A stretch of DNA of 64,000 nt. It comes from Endomicrobiales bacterium. GTDB lineage: Bacteria > Elusimicrobiota > Endomicrobiia > Endomicrobiales > CAWCFT01. The notes beneath the pieces were generated by a model, which made no database searches, was not told the origin of the DNA, and saw only the letters and a list, made by a program, of their open reading frames with translations. Made by a program: the position numbers and the translations under genes. The first letter of the stretch is position 1. Each line of letters begins with the position of its first letter. The DNA lies in NCBI GenBank assembly GCA_963794945.1, contig CAWCFT010000004.1, positions 352,001-416,000 on the forward strand, written 5' to 3'. Of the stretch, positions 1 to 10,900 are shown in pieces.

Positions 1-1960
1 AATACTTTTCCGCTGTTCTTATGCGCTTCCACGTACTGTAATGTAACATAGAATAATTCGCTGAAGGCTGGAACTTTAATATTGCTCCCATAGACTTTTT
101 TAAGTTTATCGTAATACTTATGCAGGCCCTCTAGAAACGCCCTTGCAGCCACATGCGATTTATTGCTTTCACTGATGCCCCAAAGTTTTTTAAGCGTGTC
201 ATCATGAAATAAGCGATTATAATGATTCGAATAGTAGTTTCTCAAAACCGCCTGAATATCTTTATAACGCTCTTGATACCGGCTTTCCATTTTTCCTAAC
301 AGCTCAAAAAAAGCGTATGAACTCAAATCCGCCGCCAGTTCCGCCGTTGCGCCTACCTCCTCAAAATTTTCGTCGCAATACAGCCAGAATATCCAGTGGC
401 CCAACTCGTGCGCGAGAACGCCAACGAACTGGCTGTCCTTGCCGTATTCTCTAATAATATCATTACGACCTATTTGAAAGTGAGTGCTTGCAATACTGTC
501 AAAATTCTCCATTAATTGCGTAGTGCTCATAATGTCTTTAGCAATGCTTTGAAAATCGTATGGTTGAACCAGCTCCGCCTTTTTAATATAATCATCTTCA
601 TTTACCAATAACCATACAGCCAGGAAATATGTTTTCGCCCTTTCGTTTAACCAGGCGGAATCATCCGGGAACACATTGGCCAAATCCAATTCCGCGGAAT
701 CCAGAACAAGTTTAAGGGCGTGAGGGATAATTATACTTCTGTTTGCTGGAGGGCTTAAACCCGCCGTGTAAAGTATCAATTCTTCAGGCACTCCCAAAGC
801 GTCCTGATTGTTAATCAGCGTCTCAGTTATACGGTCAAAAGAGTCTATTTTAGATAAAATATTATCCGCAAAACGGCTGTCTTTCTTTAACACATTTATT
901 GAATAGTTTTTTATCAGCCATTTGGCCTCGTATACGGATTTGTCTTCCATGCACGAATTAACCATTCCATTAAGATAGGATAGCCTGTCTTCTTTTGTCG
1001 GTTCCACGGGCCCATTTTCCGTAAAGGCCTTGACCTTGCCCTCAATCACACAGGAATCGTAATATGATTTGAGATATTGATAATACTCAGATTCTTTTTT
1101 AATTTCAATTCCTGTTTTTATTCCCGTTAATGACTCCAATAGATCCATTAACATGTTTTTGTGTTCCGCTCTCATTGAATCGGAAGGCGAGTTCAGGTTA
1201 ACACGGTTTGTCAGGAATTCTATCGGGACTGTCAGGAGATACATAGCCGCGTACTTGCCGTTTGAATTTCCTTTCGCGATTTCAAAAAGTATTTTTAAAG
1301 CCTCTATATCATCGAAGCTTGCCGCTCTGTCGCCCAATATTTTAAGGCCGTAGATATCATTCCAACCTTTCATAGCCATATCTTTTACCGGGCCTTTTAT
1401 CAGCCTGCCTATTGCCGCTTCAGCATCACTGTTAAGCCCATTTACGGAAAGAGCCGTAGTTAAGAGCATATAAATGGACAATAGGCGTGGGCCGTCAGCA
1501 GTTACAGAAGCTTCTTCAAGCTCACTTATTACCCTTCTGTCTCCGTTTTTCAATCTCTTTTTGTAGCGTGTTATACGATCATAAAAATCTTCATCGGATT
1601 TTTTCTTGCTTTTCACATAAGCAGAAGCATTCATCAAGTTTATTAAAATTTCTATATTCTTATTGTTGACATCTTTTATTATATTGTTTAACAGCACGAG
1701 TTTCTCAAAATCGGCAAACGACTTACCTTCGTTAATATCCTTCCTCGCTAAACGAATAAATTCTTTAAAATCTTCTTCAAAATCATATGCTGTTTTATAT
1801 TTTTCGATGACTCCTGGAATTCCGATCTTATACGCAAGCATGTATGACATATCCGGGGTCAGCCCGTTGCGGGTCACAATCTTAAAATCATCATTCGGTT
1901 TCTCAGATTGATTTTGTTTCTCTGAATGCGCAAGATTGTGCGGGGCGCCTGATTGGGCGT
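1..1960 (-). CDS. Continuation of the giant protein (frameshifted, open to the window edge), with HExxH zincin module
   Basis: Manual translation: one minus frame is stop-free from ~1980 to 1 (HAQSGAPHNLAHSEKQNQSEKPNDDF...VLAHELGHW...ELAAD...). It overlaps the end of ORF 1903..11007 and is absent from the ORF track, presumably because it has no stop in the window. Confidence 0.8.
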
Positions 1961-4900
1961 GGGTTCTGAGATATATCTGGCTGGTTCTGCTGCTGCATGA
2001 TGACATTTATTATATTGTTAACTAACGATACTTCCACCCCCAAAGCATCTGCAATCTTTTGGAGTTCTTCGTCAGAAAATTGCCAGTTTAAATCTTGATT
2101 GTCTTGCGCAAGGGCGCGAATAACTTCTTGCTTGCTTTCTTCAGTTAATAATCTCAGAGGTATCGCTTCCCTCGCCACATCATAACCACCCCAATTACTG
2201 TATGTCAATCTCTCCGATGTCACTGGATTGACAATGGTTGAATATCCTCCCGGCTCTATCACAATTCCTTCATTTTTCAGCTTTGTAAAATCAAAAGTGA
2301 GTACGACCGGCCTTCCTCCTACCTGTTTTGCCTTGCTTTCACCATAATGGTTCTGAGGCAAAGAGCTAAGGAATATAAACTTTTCTCCTTGCATTGCGTT
2401 TAAATTATCGGTTTTCTGTGGCGTAATATAACCATCTGAATCAAAAATCATATTCCGCACAAGCGCACTTGAAGTAGCGTGTGATTCGGTTTCAGGCAAC
2501 CCGTCTACGAGACTACCATTGTAATTGAACAACTCGGCTTTCTTTTTATTAAAAGCATCTAAGAATTTTTGTAAACGGGCATCAAATTTCCCATTGGCTG
2601 ATTTTTCTGCCGGGTTGGCAACACCAGTGTCAGGCTTGGCTAATGCACCTGCCTGTGGAGTGCTTTCATTAGAAACGGCTTTCCGCTTCAAAACCGTGAA
2701 TATTTTGACAGCGAGAAGTACTGAAATATCCACTATGGCTATAATAGGAGCATTAAAAACACCCGCCGCGGCAAGTATCACCGCCAGCGGAGCCACGTTA
2801 AGAGTGTTGTTGAGGCCTAACCCTGGATTCCCATTATTTGCTCCAATTTCATCAAATTCTACCTTTTCGCTTGGGTTTGAATGAACAAGAGTGATCGCAT
2901 TTATTGTTCTATAATCATATATTATTATCCCTGCTCTTCTTAATCTCCCTAAATCTGACTTAATGATAATAACACCTGGTTTATTCGCATCATAACCTTT
3001 TACTGTGTCTAAACCCTCTTCTCCTACTCCCCAGTAAGAAGCATTCACACCCAATGTGCTCGGCAAACCCGCATATTTCGCGTCTACGGATCTGTAAACG
3101 GGAACGTCATCCGGCATTAACTGACACAACAGAGAATCTACTATTTTTGTCATAATATTATGAACAATATGCTTCTCCATGCTGTCTAAAAGCATTTTTG
3201 TATACATTCCATGAATATCAATCTTATAATATTTCAGCAAGACAGCGTCAATCACATCTGTCACCTGCCTGGCATTCAAATATTTCCCTTTTAACTTCTC
3301 TTGAACTCTAACTCTAATCCTTGCGATCTTTTCCGGATCAGTAAGAACGCTTAACGTTCCGCCATGCTCCTGTTTGAAATATTTATCAACTTCATCTGTG
3401 TATTCCCTTGGAACATCTCTGCCAAACAAATTCTGCAGCACCGGTTCCGTAAATAATCCGTCAGGCTTGGCTGACCCTGTTTCGGAAAGGCTGGGGCCGT
3501 GATTACTATTGTTATTTACCTGCGCAAATATCAGAGAAGCAGAGGGCTGAGTGGTTTGAATAGCGGCGCGTCTGCCGTCAAAAATAATCTCAAACAAGTC
3601 ATATATTTCCCGGTCGTACCTGGCAAGTTCGTCAGGGTGCAAAACATAGGTTTTGAAGAATTCAGCAATGAACTCATCGGCATCCGTCCGCACCGCAGGC
3701 CCGCCATCATATTCGGGGACCAAAAATGTATACTCGTATGCATGCGCGGTAATGGGCTCCGCCTTGGATTTAAAATATTCTTTCTGGCGTTTTTTAAATA
3801 ATTCCGTTATAAGCTTGTGCATCAGCGCGTCTAACTTCTCATCTACAGATGCTTGTTCGGACACTGAGATGTCCGGATTATCCAACAATTTCTTTTCTGA
3901 ACCCGATAGCTTATAACCGTATGTATCCGCCCACTGCCTGAACCGTTTTGCGCTGTAGAGAAACGGCACGTTGAAATATTTCCCTGCCACGCTATGCCCC
4001 AATTCATGGAACAGAGTGTTTGCAATACCCCCAGATGAATTTACATATAGCGTTATAGACCTTCCATCGGGTGAGTAGTTTGCCCTGCCATTATTCTCTA
4101 AAATAATTTCTTTGATGTTGGAATTATACCCTTTGAATTTGAACGGCACAGAAGCCAGTTCCTCGTCTATCTGTATCATTACTGATTTGATACTCTCTAA
4201 ATCCGCGTGGGTCAATAATTTATCTGTAGTAATTCCCATATCTTCGAAATCATCGGCATAATGCAGAGTAATATTAATATCGTACCTATCTTCAAAGTGA
4301 ACTTGTAGTACTGCCCTGAGTTTATCTGGGTCCATCATGCCGGCTTTATCAAGCACTTCCAGCTTCCTGGCTAAATCCCATCGTTTATCAAGCTTCGCTT
4401 CAATCAGCCAGTTATTCAAATACTCTGTATTATTAAATAATGCGTCCCGAACCTTAAATGTATCACGCGGCTGCTTCTTTCCACGGTTGTAATTTATTAT
4501 GAAGGCAACCCGCTCTTCCTCTTTTTCGGCGCGGTCCTTCAATTCAGTGAACGCGTTAATAATATCTTCTGCAATGCCGAGCGATCGCAGATAATCGCTG
4601 TCGGCATAGTAATAATTAAACAGAGCTTCACGCAGTAAAGCCAGCTTCTCCTTATCCCCTTTTAATATTTTATTCGCTTGCCCTGAAACTTCAACCGCGT
4701 GAATAATAAACAACCTCAGCCGGAATTCTATTCTCTTAGACAGCTCCGTGATAAGAGCGGAATCCCTCGCGCTTGCATACCTAAGGTATACGCTTAGCTG
4801 ACGCAATTCGCCCAGCCCTAATCCATGAGATTTTGGAGAATCCAGGAATTGTCTTATTAATTCCTGCGTATAATCCGGGTTGTTCGCGTATATGGAATCT

Positions 4901-7900
4901 TCTATTTCTTTAAGAATATTCTCTTCTGACTTATTTTCTACCACATCTCTTGCTTTCGCTCTTCTTTTCATGATTATCTGCTGAAGGCGCGCTTCATACT
5001 TAAGATTAGAAACAGTGGAATTGATTTTTTTGCGGATAATCTGGATAACAGCGGCAGGAAACAGGAAAAAATCTAACAGGTGTACGACAAGCTCAAATTT
5101 GTTGAGGTTCCGCAGAACAGGTAAAGGCTCCAAAAGCCGGTGTAGAAGCCCGTGCGCCCGCGCGAATGGATTCCTGGACTGACGTTCTTCATCTACCGTC
5201 AGCTTGGTTGTTTTGTTTACTGCCAGTGCAACGCCTTTACCGATCGCAGTAACACCCAATATCGCAATTGCTAGGTTCGTAGTGAAATACGCCAGAGAGC
5301 CCGCATCCAGCCCGAAATAGCTGAACATCGTAAGGCCGATTATTGCCAGCACCTCTAACCCCAAATCTTTGAGGGCTATAAAATTCGGTTTCCGTGTATT
5401 TTCTTTTGTTTTCTGTTGATTTTGTTTTGGCTTAGATTTAACCGGGAAAGTTTCGTATCTCATGACAGGTTTTTTATCGCTAATACTCCATTTCCCTTCA
5501 AGGCTTATCCAGAGAGTCTTTTCCTGAGAATTATTCTTTCCAAAATTATAAAGTGTCACACCGACAAAATTTCCCAATAATTCAGGTTCATTCTTATAAT
5601 ACAATGATGGGAATTGTTTTTCGTCTTTTATCCCCAGCAATGAACAAACCTTGCCGGTATTTTTGGGGTCAGCTAGCATGCCAAAAGCATCGCGCACAAG
5701 TTTCTGCGCTTTAATCTGCGTTTCATCTGCGCCGAACGCTTCAAGCACATTGACATTCTCGCTGTATGCCAAATATTCATCATATAACCTTGTCATTTCA
5801 CCCGATCTTACTTTGGGCCCATTAAGGACATGCCGTAGTTCGTGCGCCGTTCTCACAGCCAGCCATTGCGCCTGTTTATCCGAAGTAATACGGTCAAAAG
5901 CAGGGCCGCTAATAGCAATGATTCGAAGCGACGTATTTGCCACAGCAAAGCTTTCGCTGTCAAATCCTTCCAGGAAAAGCACTTTATAGCCGCTAACCTC
6001 GTCAGCCGTAAATAAACCTTTATCAACCATCAGCTGGTTGGCATCCGCAACGGCTTGCTTATATTTAATACTGTTCGATAAATCAATAGATTTTATTAAT
6101 TGGATTTTTGGGTCTTCAAAACTCTGATTCAACATATTCAATATATCCAACAAGCCATCACTGTAAACAATGTCGCCGATTTCTTGTTTAATGTTTGCCG
6201 GACTGGTTTTATTATTGTTTCCTGTATTTTGAGTGTTCTCGAAATTAGATTTGATTGAATTCCGGGCGAATTTACTCAGGGTTTGCGCATCCAGCCCGAA
6301 ATAGCTGAACATCGCAAGGCCGATTATTGCCAAAACCTCTAACCCCAAATCTTTGAGGGCTATAAAATTCGGGCGCGGGTTTTCTCCTTTCTTCTCAACT
6401 GTGGCTGCCGACTCTTTCAATTCGGCCCCTTTCTTTCGAAATTCGATCGATAGCCCTATATTTTCCTTGATTCCCGGTAATTGAACAAATTGGGCCAATG
6501 TATATTGTTTGCCGTCAATTTTTACGAAAAACTCGTAATCTGTATCCGCTTTAATTGCTGCGCTGGCCAGCGGGGTTCTTCCCATAACCGCCTTGATGAT
6601 CGCTTCTTCGGGCAATTGTATGCCGGCTTTTCTGTTTTCTTCCAGCTCCGGCTTCAGATGTTCTCCTATTTGCCTAAATTCTTCCAGGGCCTGCTCATTA
6701 ATTACATTGCCGCCCTCTATTATGTCCGCGTCTTTGAATACTTGTTTTAGGATGCCAGGCATAAGGCCTTTGCCCTGATAACCTTCATTGAAAAATATCC
6801 CGAAGTCCTTAGCTGTTTTATCTTTGGTTAGCCTGTAATTAGCCCAACCTACTTGCTTTCCCTCCGCATTAATCACTGATATTTTCTTCTTTATCCCTTC
6901 TTCTCCTTCCGGATTTTTTAAATCTTTCAGCTTAAGCGTGTACTCATTGCCATTCTTGTCTTTTATCGTTATAGGCTGTTCTTCGCCAGATGTCAGCGGG
7001 GCGGCTTTGGCTATCAGGTTATAGATAAAATGCGAAAGCGCATACGCCAGATAAACGGCTATCAGGCTGTGGCCAAGCAGGGCTGTCGCAACCGTAGCCG
7101 CGATTATTCCCAACCCGCCAAAAAACCTTGATTTATCAAGTCCTTTCCCCATTAAGGCGTCAGCAATTACCATAGCTAAGTGGATAGGAAAGTCCCATAT
7201 GGCCAGGAAAGGCGCAAGGAATAGTTCCGTAGCACGCTTTGAAAGACCAAACCGTTGTCCAAATTCATAAGTTGAATCAAGCGTAAGGGCATTACCCTTT
7301 GAACCAGATTGAGCCGGGAAAGCCTCTGTACCAGCAGTCGAGACGTTGCGGGTAGGCGCTATATCCGCGCTTTTATTCTCCGGTAATGTAAATATTGCTT
7401 TTTCTTCTGCAGAGAAAATGTCCGGAAAAATATTTTTTTCATTTATAACAGAAAGTATATACTTGATATCTTTTTCAAGATTGTCGACAATCTGGTTTTG
7501 GTTTTCATTTTGGCTCAAACCTTGGCATTGCAGGTTAATAATATGCATGATACTATCAAAATGGCCCTGAAAATTACCATTAGCATCTGGTTTAATATTT
7601 TCCCGAACCATAATATCCAAAGACCTATCCCAAAGAGTTTCATATGATTTCACTGACGCTTTAATTGAACCGTCACCGTTTTCAGTTTTTTCTTCGACGA
7701 CATTATCTCCAAAAAAATCCCCTGGCCTGCCGGCATTAGCTATAACATAGTGCTTAATCAGCAATTCATACACCTTCACAATATGTTTAAGCGCCTTATA
7801 ATCATCCAGCATTTGGGAATACGATCCCTCGCGCACTGCATCGTGTAAAATCAACACTTGTGAACGAAGGCTCTCAAAATCCGTTCTTACAACATGTTCA

Positions 7901-10900
7901 TCTATCATTCCCCGTACCACATAGAATGTCTTGTACGAAGTAAAAAATTCTTTTATTTTTTTCGACATCTCCTGGTTTCCTACTAACTTAAAGAACACAA
8001 AACGTTCAAGTATGTTGCGCATTACATGCTTGCTTTTTGATTCATATGCCTCCGGCGGCAGGCTGAAGATATCTTTTATTTCCGACAAATATATTACCCG
8101 CTTACCAAGCTTCTTTTCGTTACCTATTTCGCCGTATTTTTTATCGAAAAGCGCCATGAGTTCCGCAAGCTCTGGGCTTGGCCGAACGCTGGTTTTTTCA
8201 TAACATTTCTCGATCCAGGCCTGCATCAATTGATTAAGTTCTTCCGTACGTTTCCGTATAGCCGGGCCATCAGCGCCCAAATCATCAATAATAATATCAA
8301 TATCTATATCGCTGTCATCACTATTGCGCGCAAGGCCTCTTGCAACACTACCGGTAAAAAGGAACATAGTTTTATTATCATCAATACCAATGGATTTTGA
8401 GAAATTCGGTTTTTCTTCAGAAAATCTTTCATAAATACGCTTTGAATATTGTTCATTGTATTTGTGGGAAGATAGATCTTTTTCTTTAAAAGAAAAGGTT
8501 TCAACACCAAGTTTGAATGCCCTTTTTAAGGCATCTTCGCGTTCCCTTTTGTGACCAGACAACAGATTGTTCAAGGATGAACCCAGTGTCAGCGGGGCGG
8601 ATTTGAATATCGTGTTGTAGAGCCCGTGGGTCAAAATGTTGCCGGCAACACCTCCAGCCGCTGAAGTGAATACGTTTGTCGTTATACCGAAAACATAAAC
8701 CCCGGCAATAATCATGACGGCCCAGATAGCCGTAATGCCGGCCATGCGCGCGTAATTCTTCCAGGCTTTATCTGCTTTTTCATGGGCATTGTAGAATTTT
8801 ACCGGCCTTAGAGTGTTTAAAAGCTCCCGCGCGCCGATCACTATGCCAACATAAAATTCCACGAGAACCCTGTTGTAGAACCAGTTGATATACCTGTTAT
8901 TTTTGCTTCTGGTGGAATTTTCCCTGATAGTCTTCGCGATATTTTCGTTCTGAGGGAGCACAAGCGTGGGCGTTTCCAGGTCTGACAACCCTGTATTCGT
9001 TTGGTCTATAGAGGAAGAATCGTTCGGGTAGGAAACAGCTCCTGTTTCGGAGTTAAACATAAAGACAAGTTCTTCGGGGTTCTTGCCGTCAATATCAGAT
9101 GTTTTGAAGGCGAACAAATAATTATTGCTGCTGTCAGCAGATCGTTTACAAAACTGGAATACCACCCGCCCAAGCCCTTCTTTTTCGAAAGACAGGAAAT
9201 CATCCTTAAGCTTCTGTTCGATACTCGCCGGTGATTTGCCAATTAGGGCGCTCAATATTTTCTCCGCGTGATCTTTAAGCGCAATATTGGGGTTCGATGA
9301 GCTAAGCTCCTGAAGCACTTTTGCTACCACGAGATCGGAAAGCTTTTCGGCTGGCTTCTCTTCGGAAATAGGCAAAGGCGCGAAGCTTTGGGCAAGTATT
9401 TTTGCCTGATGTTTAACAAGCTCGCTGTAGATAAGGTCGGAAACTTTTGTGTCTTTTGTAATATTGGGCGTCACAACAAAGTATTTGATATTTCTTTGTT
9501 TTAAAAGCTTGCTTATGCCCTCGGTATGGAAACCGCCTGTCACCACTACTATTATATCTTTGGCGTTGTCCAGGGCATTTTTTAGCTTTGATTCTTCAAT
9601 CCCTGATTGGATAGCAGCGCCCTGCGCGGCCGGCTGTTTCGCGACAGCGGTTTTACCTGCCAGCGAACTTGAAGCAGATATATTGTCAAGGAAAACCGTG
9701 TTCCTTTTTATATTCGCCGCGTAGTATTCATCCAGCAGCTGAAAATCTTTTGTTAGAGAATTCAAACTGTCGACAGAAGAATACTTTGACCACAAGCTCC
9801 TGAATTTTGGAAAATTCTCGTTGAAATACACGTAGTCATCGGCCGTAAGGTTATTGTTGAGGTAATTACCGAAATATACAAAAAACGAAGAAAGGAAAGC
9901 TACTTCCAGTTCGCCCATGTCGTTCGAAAGCCCGGAATGTATCTCACTGACCAGCTGTTTTTCTTCCTTGATCATCTCTACCGGGTTCAGCTCCTTGCTT
10001 TTTTCTATGTAGCTAAAGAACTTGTTAAGCTCGGGGAAGTTAACGCCGACCTCTATCTTATACTCCTTTGATATCTTGGCGAGATAGCCGTAAAGTTCAT
10101 CGAGTTTTGAGAAGTTGTCTGTCTTCTCCAGCAGCTGGTTGTACGCCGCGAAGGGCAGGCCCGCCTTGAGCTCAGCCATGTAGCCCTGAAGCTCCAGGTT
10201 AACCCTCTTATAATTGAGCCTTTCGCCCTGGTTCATCAGGTCCAAGTACAGTACAATGTTCCTGAACTTGTTTATGTCGATATCTGACAGATTCCCGAAG
10301 CGGTAACCGGAAGAATTTAATTTTTCAACATATTTTTCAAGCAGTTTGTAATATTTTTTGGGCTCCATCTTGCCGGTTTTGTATTCATTTAGAAGCTTTT
10401 CGAACCTCGCGTTCTGTGAATTGTAATAACGCTCCTTCATTGTTTCAAGCTCGGCCTCAAGCCTGGCTGCTATCCTGGCGTAACGTTCTTTATTTTGAGT
10501 TATCGTGTTCAGGCGTACGAAATTTTCCTTGTAAAGCCTGTAGTCTTCGATGCCTGCGAGTATGTTAGGTTTGCGCGTTAGCACCGAGAAATACTCTGCG
10601 CCGGTGAGCCTGCCCTGGTTTACAAGGTTTTCAGTCATTTCTTTTTGGAAATCCTTGTCCTTTATCCCGGTAAGCCAGGCCGTATCTACGCTACCTGACG
10701 CGCCTTCGATATATATCTTTTTGAGCGGATATTGTTCATCCACCGCTGCTATAACCTTCGCGATGTTTCTCTGGACCTCAGCGTTGCAGTGCAGGTCCTG
10801 GATATTGATAACTACCGCGTCATCCGAACCCGCCGAATACTCCGTCACCCGTCCCGCGGATTGAGGGATAACGGAATCATCCAGAATTCGCTTAAATTCC

